The notes beneath the pieces are model-generated. The model worked only from the letters and a program-made list of their open reading frames with translations, was not told where the DNA came from and did no database searches. Below are positions 40,301-51,634 of a DNA stretch of 64,000 bases, one piece after another. The stretch is taken from assembly GCA_965178125.1 (NCBI GenBank), contig OZ237753.1, forward strand, positions 124,001 to 188,000, in the 5' to 3' direction. The first letter of the stretch is position 1. Each line of letters opens with the position of its first letter. A program made the translations under genes and the position numbers. The DNA comes from Bilabrum cf. latius. Its lineage: Eukaryota.

Positions 40301-42628
40301 CCTGGGCCGACCGCTTGTCCAGGGAAGGTCACCCGACAAACTTGCCGCCGCACTGGGAATCGGTGAGGGAGCTCCCGACGCCTACGAGGACTTGGTCGAA
40401 CTTGCGGCCATCAAGGCCGCCTCGAGCATCGAGGCGAATGGCACCACGGCACTTCGGCACTGGGCAGCGTACGGCCGCAGATACGGCCTCGACCTGGCGC
40501 CACCGGCCTTTGGCTCCATCGGTCCGGCACGCAACGAGGCCTTCGAAGTGGAACTCGGCAGATTCATCACGTACGTGGCGGCGGCCGAGCCGGGCATCAG
40601 CGGCGCCTCCGCAAGCCAGTACGCAGCGCAAGTGGCGTCCTTGTACAAACGACTAGGAGGAGTCGCAGTGAAAGGACTCGGTGACTTTGGCCATGCAGTG
40701 GCCAGGCACTACACGGCAGCCAAGCCAACCCTTGCGAGTCTGCACCGCACGCCCATCCCGTTGTCGGCAGTGCGGCGCTTCTTTGAGTTCCAGCCATCCA
40801 CCCCCGGCGAAAGTGCGGCCCAGTTGGCGGGTGCACTGGCCTTTGGGGGGACCATGCGCCTGGGCGAGGCCACCGGAGAGGCACGGGCTGCCTCTGACCC
40901 GCATCGCCTCAGGCATGTATCCTGGGCAATCGAGGACAATCAGGTGATCAGCTGCTCCCTGCACCTGCGGTTCACCAAGGCGGGTGGACCAGCCACGGTG
41001 GCTATTGCAGCCCGATCCCCTGTGTAGGTGGACAAAGGCGGGGTACAGGGCAGCACATGCTGCCCTGTTTACCTTCTCGTCCGGCACGTCGTGACAAGGT
41101 TGACCTCGGCGGGAATCCCGGTCACCTCGCCCCACCACCTGCACAACGCCTGCCAGAACAGTCAGGTGTTGTTGTTCCCGGAGATCGCATCGCCAGGTCG
41201 CCGTAAGACGCGGCACATCGTCGCAGCCGATGTCGTACGCCTGGTGCGGAGCTGTGCAAGCCACCACGATGATGCGAGTGGGTGGCATGGGCACAGTTTC
41301 CGCATCACCAGCACCACCACAATGGTGCGACTGGGCATCGAGCACGGCATTGTGCAGCGTCTTGGACGGTGGGCTTCCACCAAGAGCATGAACACCTACA
41401 TCCGGCAGGAGGCCGACGGGCTGCCAGCGATCGATATTGGTTGGACGCACCTTGAGCTGCAGCGAGCACCACAGGCGGCGCTGCTCGAGGCGGTGGCACA
41501 AGCTCGGGCGTCCGACTAATCCCAACTAACTTGGAGACACTTTGCTTTGCTTCAACGAGACCACCCTCTGCAACCTCCCGTAAGGAAGATATGGTAAGAC
41601 ATGGAGAATTCGTTGTGTGTCTCCGCTGGTGGACAAATCCATCGGTGGATTCAGGCACATGGCGACGGCTCTGTGTTCGATGCCATGTCTGGTTGTATTT
41701 GGGTGGTTGAGTCTGTAAAAGAAGCTTTCATGGAAGTCACGATGTCATGGTATTAAGGAGACAGAGTCTGATTCGTTGTTGACGTCAAATGAGATGATAA
41801 GCGTCTGTGCGATGAGGATGGCTCTGCGAAGAAGGAGAACGCCGCAACACCTTGTCCGTAGGTGGGAAGAGGAATTGTAGCGTTAGACATCGTAATCTGA
41901 TTAACGGAAGAGGCAGGCCACGAAGAGTGGAGGTTGGCATTTCTCCAGTCAATCGCCTCCATTCGGGGTGGAAGAGCTCAGGACTGACAGATCGTCTTGA
42001 ATTCTTTTCCCACCCGCCCGGGCCCGGAGAATTCGTTGTGTGTCTCCGCTGGTGGACAAATCCATCGGTGGATTCAGGCACATGGCGACGGCTCTGTGTT
42101 CGATGCCATGTCTGGTTGTATTTGGGTGGTTGAGTCTGTAAAAGAAGCTTTCATGGAAGTCACGATGTCAATGTTTTTCTCACCCATACTGATGACCTCC
42201 CAAGGATTCCCCTTGTTCGGGTACGTGTAAGGCTTTCCGACTGCAAACACGTACCTGTTGTGGTTGCTGCTGATATCAATCTTCTTCATATCAGCCGCCT
42301 CAGTTTCCGCCGGGACGTACTCCATGATGACGGAGCTGGTCATGTAGGCGGCTGAGAAGCACCCCACTCGACTCGTGTACACCCACGGCGACATCTGCGT
42401 GTTGAACGTTGAGCTGTAAGCCGCACGCAAGCCTTGCCAAGACCCAGCTTGTAATTTTGCCTTATCAGAGTTCTTCTGCGTAAGTACTCGGCCGTTTGAA
42501 TTCTTTGAAAAGTCCAAGTGGACCAGCAACTCAACACCGTCGCCAAGTCCGTCCTTCAGGGCATCTTGCTCAGCAATGGCGTTCAAAGCTAACGTCGCTG
42601 CTGCTGTAGCGAAGACGAGCGCCTTCAT
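28343..42628 (-). CDS. Giant surface receptor copy 2 (~3829 aa), tandem paralog of 11717-23515; intron 1 hosts a retrotransposon
   Basis: Introns at homologous positions: 39597-42183 (2587 nt), 39087-39176 and 38897-39015; the spliced length is divisible by 3. In-frame TAGs at 36830, 36515, 36185, 35939 and 30224; TGA at 28343; signal peptide MKALVFATAAATLALNAIA. Confidence 0.85.
39805..40671 (+). pseudogene. C-terminal remnant of the RT/RNase H ORF (DIRS1-type RNase HI domain intact; gag and RT deleted)
   Basis: With TAG=Q: ..LRWWRHAL..MFTDASLHGWGGYL..DISALELGCI..VRCDNSASV..HIPGLENTWADRLSR. This carries all four acidic RNase H residues. TAGs at 40021 and 40264 lie inside the domain. Confidence 0.88.
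40269..41519 (+). CDS. Tyrosine recombinase of the Ngaro-like element; TAG at 41025 read through; ends TAA
   Basis: Catalytic set: GGTMRLGE (R), FTKAGG (K), GHSFRI (HxxR), LGRW, MNTYIR (Y). It overlaps the end of the RNase H ORF in another frame. No early in-frame ATG, so the start is uncertain. Confidence 0.88.
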
Positions 42629-43042
42629 GTAAAGCCCGTCTGTGTTGGTGAGAGTCTAATTTATATTCAAGCTTCCGTGGTAGCGAAATCTACCAAGGTT
42701 TTTGCAAATGCGCTGCCTGCCACAATCGGTCTAACAGCAGCTAGCTCTACTCTAATCAATCAAAAGCCATCCACATGACGAGCCAATTCAGATAAAATGT
42801 ATCTTACTGCGTAAACAAGCTACGACAGCTCAAAATCGAGCTGTAAAGTAGCGACTTGTGCACTACTATGAGTGAACTAGAGCGTGGGTGAAATTTGCGG
42901 CCTGACTCGCAGGACCGATATGATTTGTGTCTGTGTGCACGCTACCATAAATCTGCACCGACATTTGGATCTCGAGCGTCACTGAAGACAAGACAAGCAT
43001 ACGTAATTATTCGCGTTGGAGTATTAAGTGTATCCGAGTTTG

Positions 43043-46000
43043 ATGGACATGGTCGGATCGGCATCCCGCCTTGATAGTATTGCTGAGCCAGGGCCCCATG
43101 CAATGGCTGCAATATTTTCACCCAGGCCAATGGAAATCATTAGGGTCACTCGTAGAGGCTGCACTATCTTCGTACTGCAATCTACGCAGCAGATTCGACG
43201 CAGAAGTCCCAATGATCTGCGCAAGCTAGTAGCATTCGAAGCAGATACTCGAGCAGCTACAGAAGCGGTCGGATTTGGCAAGCGCCATGAAGCGACAGTG
43301 GCAGCACTGCAAGTTATTGGCAACTTGCAAGCTAGAAGAATTTTTTCAAAAAATTGTAACCTAGCATACATTGGCATGTAGATAGATTTGGAGGCATTCG
43401 AATGCTTTATGCAGCATACGCACCGCGTCCGAATGAATATTCAACCAGCGGATGGACCTGTGTACATGTCCCCAACGTCGGCGGCGAAGGCTTTCACAAA
43501 CTTACGAAATTTATCGATCGGGGAAGGTTATGCCGATAAGGAACAGACTTGGCAGCACACCAATGATATTCCTGGCTTTTGTACTTTGACATCAGGATTG
43601 AAGCGACAGGAAGCAGTGGTGATCCGCAAGTCGTTGTGGGCACCAACGAGGCAGAGGGGAACAATAGGGGACATCGGCATGGGTGACTATAGCGCGGTGC
43701 CAACGAGCGAACACAACGGGAGGAAGGGGGCTCCAGGTGCAAGGCACAGGGGTGACGCGAGTGGTAGCGGGCTACATACCCAGCAGCGCGCAGAAGAGGC
43801 TAGCATGCGTGTGGATGGATAGGACGCATGGCTGGTCGGCCAGGACCTGTACGTGCAAGCGGAGAGGAGAGGGTCAAGGCCGCGATGCAGGGAGCAGCGC
43901 ATAAGGACCTTAGGGTGGGCAACGGGAACGGGAAGCCATGCAGTGACGAGGCCAGTGAACGTGCGTTGGGAAAGTGGTGGGTACATCCATAGTTTCAGAG
44001 GTGTACCGCATTCAGGTGGGCTGGTGAAGAACCAGTCGTTCGGGGTGAAGCCCAGGAGGTCCTCGGGACCGTGGGCAGGAGCAATCCTTTTTCAGTACGC
44101 CGGGACACATACCCGCACAAAGAAGCTGGACAACATCCTAGACCATCTGTGCACAGAAACATAGACTAGCACTGGCTGCAGACCATCGTCATTCAGAATG
44201 CAGTCACCATGGCATTTGGCCGTGCTGTTGCACGAGCTGGCCATGAGAGGGCCACTCTCTCTCGCGAAGTAGAATGCAGGATAGCACCCGGACTGGGGCA
44301 ACACAGGGCCACTCTCTCTCGCGAAGTAGAATGCAGGATAGCACCCGGACTGGGGCAACGCAGGGCTCAGGCAGCTGACAGCCGTACCGCACACATATAC
44401 GCCTTTGATGCAAGAACCACGCGAGCAACCAAAGCATCTAGATCTGTGTGTTGAATCTGTTCGCAGCTGCTTGCTTACGATGTCGACTGGGGGGTCACGC
44501 AGAGCCGAATGGTGGGCACAGTCCCTGCCGCATGATGGCCCTGGGTGTGAGTCGGCAGTAGCCAAAGCAAGGGACTTGGCAGAATAGATGCGAATCAACG
44601 CGGACTATGACGGCATCTTTCGATTGCTTTGGTTCTTGAGGGTGGAGTCTGGTATTCGTAGTGTATGCGAACTACCTGAGCCCACCGCGACTCTCGTGGC
44701 CGATCTTCGAGCTCTCGTCAAAGATCGCATTATTTCCAGCGCGAGCGAGGTGGATAGGATCGTCGAGAGCCTTGGGTCTGGCGGTGAGCTGAGTGCAGAG
44801 ATCGCGGCCTTCGTGGTGTGGCAGTCGAGCGTAAGAAGTGAAGAAGCCCGGTCCGTTCTGGTGCATGCAGGTGCTCTGCCTGGTTTAATAGCGTTGTTGA
44901 GGTCTGACCGGTGGAAGGAAGCTGAGACTTCAGCAGGAGCACTATGGAATATCGCTGCTGGTTCAGATGAGCTCAAACAGGCCGTGGTCGATGCAGGTGC
45001 GCTGGTCGGGCTCGTGTAGCTGATGGGTTCAAGCAGAACACAGGCGGTTGAGAAGGTAGCCGGATCAATGTGGAATATCAGCGCTGGTTCAGATGTTTTG
45101 AAGCAAGCTGTGGTGGATGCAGGTGCTCTTGACAAATTGATTGAACTGTTGGGATCTGGGCAGAGCAGCCAGACAGCGAAAGCAGCAGGGACCCTGTGGA
45201 ATGTTGCGCTAGGGAATGACAGTCTAAAGAAAGCTGTGGTAGATGCAGGCGCATTGCCTAAGCTTGTGTCTCTGTTAGGGTCTGACGGTGGTAGTGTTGC
45301 GGAGCAGTCGGCTGGGGCAATCATGAGCATTGCAGCAGGCCCAGATGATTTGAAGCAAGCTGTGGTGGATGCAGGCGCGTTGGTCGGACTTGTAGAGCTG
45401 CTGGGATCTGACAAGGGTGAGGAGGCAGAGTGTGCAACCAGAGCGCTTGGAAGCATAGCGTTTGGACCAGATGATTTGAAGCAAGCTGTGGTGGATGCAG
45501 GCGCGTTGGTCGGACTTGTAGAGCTGCTGGGATCTGACAAGGGTGAGGAGGCAGAGTGTGCAACCAGAGCGCTTGGAAGCATAGCGTTTGGACCAGATGA
45601 TTTGAAGCAAGCTGTGGTGGATGCAGGCGCGTTGGTCGGACTTGTAGAGCTGCTGGGATCTGACAAGGGTGAGGAGGCGGAGACAGCTGCTGGCGCGCTG
45701 TGGAACATCGCTGCTGGATCGAATGACCTCAAACACGCCGTGGTGGATTCCGGCGCACTGTCCTGGCTGGTGGAGCTGCTCAGTTTGGATAGTAGCGACG
45801 AGGCAGAGTGTGCTACAGGAGTGCTTATGAATCTTGTCACTGGGGAGAATTGCATCAAACAAGCAGTCGTAGATGCTGGTGCGCTGGATGGACTCGTCGC
45901 GCTGCTGAAGTTTCAAGGGAACGAGAACGCGGCTGCTGCACTCATGGATATATCGAGTGGATCAGATAACCTCTATCAGGCGGTTCTAGACGCAAGAGGG

Positions 46001-46300
46001 ATAGAAGAGCTAGGAATCTTGCTTGGATCCGTTCCCAACGCGAATCTAGCCGCAGCGCAGCTGGCAGGTCCCAGCGGTGGGGTGTGTCCAGTGTGTCTGG
46101 AGGAGGGCCTGAAGGATGCTGAGGAGGAGCATGAGCCCATAGTGCTGCCATGCGGGCACGTGTTTCACAAGAAATGCATTGGGGACTGGTCCAGGGAATT
46201 GCTGGAGCAGGGGTGTGAGGAAAACTGCCCCATATGCAGGACTTCGTTCGCGTACTCGGTAGAAATTGAAGCAGCTGTATGCGTCGAAGGTGACAAGTAA
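43043..46300 (+). CDS. Armadillo-repeat protein with C-terminal RING-H2 (putative E3 ligase) and a long unknown N-terminal extension (~1085 aa); 9 in-frame TAG; ends TAA
   Basis: About nine 42-aa ARM repeats (LKQAVVDAGAL..LVELLGS..AAGALWNIA) and RING-H2 CPVC..LPCGHVFHKKCIGDW..CPIC. ORF pieces starting at 43028, 43388, 43853, 44405, 44588 and 45023 share one frame and are separated only by TAGs. The true start is uncertain (ATG 43043, 44408 or 44480). Confidence 0.78.
44248..44359 (+). repeat. 57-bp perfect tandem duplication (frame-preserving)
   Basis: agggccactctctctcgcgaagtagaatgcaggatagcacccggactggggcaac occurs twice. Confidence 0.95.
45341..45678 (+). repeat. 126-bp tandem repeat (~2.7 essentially identical copies) encoding ARM repeats
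   Basis: Units start at about 45341, 45467 and 45593. Confidence 0.92.
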
Positions 46301-46453
46301 CAATATTTTGGCCCTGATAAACACCTTTTATGTTGGACGAAGCACTATCGTGAACCAAAGCGTGTGATGGGCTTTTGCGGCTTCGTATTTATGGATTGAC
46401 GTGTCGCCTCATCCACTTGATTGCATTCTTTCTCCTGATTTGCAGCTACTAAT

Positions 46454-47197
46454 TGATGCTCGTGATGATAGCGCAAACTAGTCTCCCAATCAATCAGACA
46501 TGGCAAGTCCTTGACAAAGCTGTGCAGGCTGGCGCTGCTCTGGGCCTGTTCATCCAGGTCCGAGCTGAGCCACTGCACCACTCCGCCGAGGAGGAGGGGG
46601 AACTGGGAGGGTGGGAAAACGAGTTAACCCAAACTCCGTCCCTCTCCTGAACACAGACAGAGCTGCAACACATAAATCCGGAGAGAGAGAGAGAAAATAG
46701 AGTTTTCGCACGCAATTCAATACCATCCGGTGCGCGTCGATCACGGTTGCGACCGACCCTATACCGGAACCAACTGGGAGACATGGCTACCTGCGCTCCC
46801 ATCGTCGCATCAAACCCGAACCCCATCCGGCGTTAGGTATATAACATAACATCAATCCAATAAACATATTTGATGCCAGAGTGTACGCGCAACCTAGTCT
46901 TGTAAAGAATCAGACATGGCAAGACCTGACAAAGCTGTGCCTGTGCGCGACCCTTGACCGGACTGACTGGGGCTGGGAAGAGCACGAGCACTACTCCGCC
47001 GAGGAGAAGGGGGTCGGGAGGGTGGGCAAAAATTACCCAATCTCCGCCCCTCTCCTGAACACAGAGAGGGTATGCGCGTCATCGCAAGCAATCCGTTGGC
47101 TTGGTCGCACCTTCCCGGTTGCGACCGCCAGCGGAACCCAACGAGACGTTCGTGCGCTCCCACTCTGGCATCAACACCGAACCCCATACGGCGTCAA
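46454..47197 (+). repeat. Two tandem copies of dispersed repeat R (diverged 46454-46837; conserved 46871-47197)
   Basis: Both contain aatcagacatggcaag, actccgccgaggag, ctctcctgaacacaga and the terminal ccgaaccccatMcggcgtYa. Confidence 0.85.
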
Positions 47198-47525
47198 GAT
47201 CACGAATCGCCAGTACAGTTTAACGCGCACATGGTCCTCATACTTTTTGGCAGTTCTAGGACACGGCCACATCTCACGTGATGCCAATAATCGACCGATC
47301 CATAGACGTGTGCAGAGCACGCCTCCGCAACGAGCTCCTCAGGATAACGGTGCACCGCAGTGGCCACAAATCATCTCAAAATGGCCAAGCAACTCGATAG
47401 AAATGCCCTGGGCATCAGATTCTACACACGGCACCCTAGGCCCCTGCCCCTGCCGGGTGTTGCACTCGGCCTAACGTATTTGGAGGCGCGCACTGACTGA
47501 TTGCCAGCCCAACCCATGGCACTCA

Positions 47526-50485
47526 TCACTCTGATGGCAAAACTCCAGCAGATTTGCTGTCAATTCTGGCCCGCTTGCCGTCTGGTATACCGTCCATCGT
47601 TGTAGGCGAAGAGTCGATCCGGTTTGGTACCTTGCTTAGTGCAGATTCACCGAAGCTTGTCGAACCAGGACCTGCCGTGCCAGCAGTATGGTCGTGTCCA
47701 CATCTACTCTCGTCTAACATACGAGCATGATCATCGCGCTGCAACCCAGCATCGAAAGCGCCGCGGCCGCGTTTAAACCCTACAGCGGGGCCAACGACTC
47801 GTCGGATCGCCTCACCGGTAGTCTTCCTTGGGCCTGCATCGTCGACATCGTGCGGATCCCCCAAGCCTTCAGAAAGCGTCATGGATCCACTGCTTGCACT
47901 TGGACTGATAACGCCATCTGTCTTGACCTCTGCAAACGGATGCTTGCTCAGAGTGGCTGCAGAGCTGTTTGTAGAGGACTCGGCTACTCCCCATCCGCCT
48001 GCTGCCGCCAAGAAATTCCTGGCTCTCGATCTTGCTGTACCGTTGCTGCCGTCGCTCCTTGTCTAGTATGCCTGCTAGGCAATCCATAGTGGCACGGTCT
48101 TTGGAAGTGCATGCGACTTGGACATCGTTTGGCCGGCAGCAGCGAGAGACAGTATTCCCGCCGATTGCGCAGTGGACGTGGAATGGGTACCCGAGGCAGA
48201 AGCCGACGCTAAGGCTGCGCTAGATCCAGTCATTGCTGCCTCTGAGCAACGCTCTGCTCGCCAATGACCCTAGCTGGAGCTGGGGCTGGGGCTGGAGCTG
48301 GAGCTGGAGCTGGAGCTCGGTGACACTGTTGGCACTGCACCTGTCGGGCTCGGTGATTTGCGCAAGAACACCGCAATGCTTGCACGAGACCTCGGATTGC
48401 AACCAGAAAAATCCAGTGGCCTATGCAACTCTGATGACAGGTTTTGTAGTCCATGCATACCCAGTCTCTACATGCCCAGCAGGCTCTACTGCCGGAGCTC
48501 CAGCTGCTGCTTGATGTTTGCCTGCCTGGCGTGCTCAACCATCAACTGCTGCTAGTAGCTGTCCAAGTCGACAGTCAGCATGCGCAGGTGTACACCAAAA
48601 TACGAAACAGGCTCATTGTTTAAATGGAGCTGGAACCCGGATCCCTACAATAGGTCCTGCATGGTCCGTTCTGCAGCCCGAGTGGCAGCGGCCGTCAAGC
48701 CTCTAAGCAATGCAGTCGACTCCACTGTGACTGGCCTCTGCACTCCACCGGGACCCAAAGCCATAATGTTGTCTACCTATGCCCCCGTCCGGGGAACGCT
48801 ACACATAATGGTTGCAGGGATGAAGGCGGTCTACCGGAAGAAGGGTACACGAAGCTGTACGTGGAGCAAGCAGCCGTTCGAGGTTCCGCTTGCCACTGCA
48901 TTTGTCGAAGCGACAGGCTGCATCTTGGCGTGGTCGATCGATTTTGTTATCCTTCCGAGCCACTGCACGTGCGCACTCCTCCATAGGGTCATGCTTTCGT
49001 CGATTGAGCGAGGGGCAGCTGGCTTGCTGTGTGCCTGCTGAGAGGCCGTGGTGATGCCACCCCCCGAGTTGCTGGTCGCAGCGCAGGCAGCTCGTGCAAG
49101 AGCAGACATTGGGTGTTCAGTTGGCGTGGACCAAAGCATGCTGGCCTGCTGGCCACTCGTTTCATCCATGCCACCTTGCTGATGAGCGGGAGGTGGAGCT
49201 AGCCCGTTCCTCGCTGGTGCGATGCCGCTTGTCCTAGCTTGGCTGCTGGCACGGGCCATGCCGCTCGTAAGCATTATTTGACCTGCTACATGCGTGCTAG
49301 TCCCAATCGTAGGGCTGCTTGGGGTGTGTAGCTCAAGGGTGCCAGAGGTCGGCGCCAGGACCCCCCGTGCAACGATCGCCCCGGCTGCGCCGTGCGCGGG
49401 GTAGGTAGCAGCAGCCCGCTGCCCAAGCATGGTTGCAAGAGGAAAGGAGCTCAATCCTCCGCGAGTTTCTTGTTGTACGGCGCCTGATCTGTAGCTCGCA
49501 TACTCGGAACTGTTGCCCGCCTGAGCCAATCGGGATGACGTCGATGGAACAAGTGGTGCGCGCAGTCCATAGCAATCGCCTTGAGCACGAAGTAGACTGG
49601 CAGACCTCATGGGGTCTGCAAAGCCGGAGATAGTGCTATTGCTGTCACGAGAGACATGGATGGAAGCATGGCTCATGTTACTGCCTGCTGCTGCCCCTGG
49701 CAGTGCAAGTTGAAAATTTCCACCCACCGGCATGGCACTAGCAGGCTTCGGGAGCTGCTGCGTCGGATTGCCAAGCGTCTGTCCCTACCGCTGCAGCATC
49801 CCTGTCGGCTCTTGTACAGGTTTGTGCTCTGCCGGGATGGCAGGGAATGGGGCGGGGTCTACGGCGCGCAGGAGCTCCAGGCAGGTGCGAACGAGGGTGC
49901 TGTGTTCCGAGATGGAGCGCCGTTTAGCTCGCATGAGCTGCTGATGGCCGAGTGCACGAATCTCTTGCGCCTTGCTTCCTGGCTCGAATTGCATCTTGAA
50001 AACTTTTTCTATCTCCATTCGAAGTGCCACGCCAATCTGGTGATCTCCTGCGGTGCAAAGCCAGGGAGGGGGTGGTGGGACGGCTGGCGTGGGTGAAATC
50101 CGACCAAGCCTACAAAGCCTACCGTTGAATAACGCTGTGCACTTTGGCTGAATACAATGCAGACGCGCTTACTGTTTCTATTGGATTCACCGCTGGAGCC
50201 GCTGCTGGCAGTCGCTCCAGTGTCTATGTGCAAGCGAACGAAGGATCTGTATGTCAACACGTTGGCCCTCAAGGTTGGTGCCTTTCGACCATTCTTTGCC
50301 TAGCTGACGCCATTCACGCACGACGTCGGAATGAAGTCCTCAGATGGGATGTTGTTTGATTTCCTGTTACCCAACCATGCGCAGACGATCTGCATGAACG
50401 ACAGTGGTGCATGCACGCGCTGCACCGGGGCCGCTTGCTGTACCGCTGGTGGCGGAGGGTCGGCAGCGTTACGTTTTGCTGCCAT
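47526..50485 (-). CDS. Hypothetical protein (~944 aa), Ser/Ala/Gln-rich; one intron (50048-50172); ~11 in-frame TAG
   Basis: Exon 1 (MAAKRNAADPPPP..) joins through a GTAAG..CGCAG intron to a frame that is open to TGA TGA at 47526 except for TAGs. Several TAGs sit in Gln runs (TAG CAG CAG; CAG TAG). Confidence 0.68.
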
Positions 50486-51325
50486 AGCAGACTTTTGCCC
50501 ACAGTCACGAGACGATAATAGGAACTGGCCTTGCAATGTAATGCGTAGCTGCACAGCGTTTGTTGGTAGATTCGAATAAGAGTTACAGTTGCCGTCACGG
50601 GGAATGATTCGCCTGACATTCGCCCTTTACAGATATGCAGGGCGTTAGAGCGAATACAAGGCGCCTACAGGCTCATCACGCAGTCTCACATCAAGCAGTG
50701 GATTGATCGAGGAATCACCAAGAGCGAAATGGGTCGAAAGTGTAGGGTTTTGTGCAGTGGGTGGATTTCCAAAAGTTCACCCCAATTACAAGACCGGAAG
50801 CACCCCGGCGGGTCAACCGAATTTCTTCACCCGCGACGGCTCTCTGCCAGTGCCGCTTGTGGCTTTACATCTGCTTAGTGCCACAATGACGTCAGAACTA
50901 CAGTATTGCTGCTCTCTGGGAGTGTACAATGCACACAAGAGTATTCGTGTAGAATAAAATGATATAAAAGAGGTATGCCTTGGCAAATGTGTTCGGCGAC
51001 TAAGGGCCTTGTGACTTGGCCATGGTTGTACCGGCTGTACCTATTCAAAAACTGGCGAGCGCTACCCCTTAGCGCCCGAATAGCACTTGTTTTGATTGCC
51101 GCTGAAGTCTAATTGCGACCTCCCAAGTTCCTCATCCGCATGTGGTCGGATGATCCGATCCCCTGATCCGAGACACTCGTCGCCCACACGCCCACACCTC
51201 CACCTGCCCGGCCTGTGCCTCCCCCTTCCAATCCACCGTATCAACCGGATAACCCCACCAATCACCTCCTCCTCCACAAGTCCCTCGCCGCATCTTGGTT
51301 CGCTCCAGCCACTAGGGCCATGCCA

Positions 51326-51634
51326 TAGAAGAAAGATACTGGCTGAGGCTGCTTNNNNNNNNNNNNNNNNNNNNNNNNNNNNNNNNNNNNNNNNNNNNNN
51401 NNNNNNNNNNNNNNNNNNNNNNNNNNNNNNNNNNNNNNNNNNNNNNNNNNNNNNNNNNNNNNNNNNNNNNNNNNNNNNNNNNNNNNNNNNNNNNNNNNNN
51501 NNNNNNNNNNNNNNNNNNNNNNNNNNNNNNNNNNNNNNNNNNNNNNNNNNNNNNAATGACACCTCGCCGGTCGATTACAAGATCACGCCAGTATCAGCTG
51601 AACGTTCGCGAACGAACAGCTGACCCCGCCCGTG
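51326..51634 (+). repeat. Dispersed repeat S, copy spanning the gap (further copy at 52993-53120)
   Basis: aatgacacctcgccggtcgat.aca.gatcacgccagtatcagctgaacgtt matches the reverse complement of 27523-27602. Confidence 0.8.
51355..51554. other. Assembly gap (200 N)
   Basis: Run of N; both flanks match repeat S. Confidence 1.

Larger units (their letters stand above)
39731..42170 (+). mobile_element. Ngaro-like (DIRS order) tyrosine-recombinase retrotransposon, internally deleted, with split direct repeats A1-[RH, YR]-B1-A2-B2
   Basis: A1 (39731-39805) is identical to the first 75 bp of A2 (41748-42025). B1 (41603-41747) is identical to B2 (42026-42170), 145 bp. A DIRS-type RNase H and an overlapping YR ORF lie between them. 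No target-site duplication is visible. Confidence 0.9.

Noticed and set aside
41603-42170. B1-A2-B2 as a TRIM/LTR element with a Met-tRNA-like PBS (..GTCA TGGTATTA)
   Set aside because: B lacks a consistent 5' TG. A also occurs at the far left end, and the enclosed RH and YR genes fit Ngaro split direct repeats.
11443-42960. The two giant genes as uncollapsed haplotypes or an assembly artefact
   Set aside because: The N-termini, introns and flanks are far too divergent for alleles, and unique sequence separates the copies.
45017-45019. TAG=Glu, suggested by VGLV*LMGS versus VGLVELLGS in sibling ARM repeats
   Set aside because: This is a single site at a variable repeat position, and Gln is a conservative substitute. 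It is outweighed by eight direct TAG/Gln pairs.
46820-46840. Integron attC-like GTTRRRY end (cggcGTTAGGT) of repeat R near a tyrosine recombinase
   Set aside because: No matching RYYYAAC box or cassette ORFs, the match is not kept in all copies, and the YR is of retrotransposon type.
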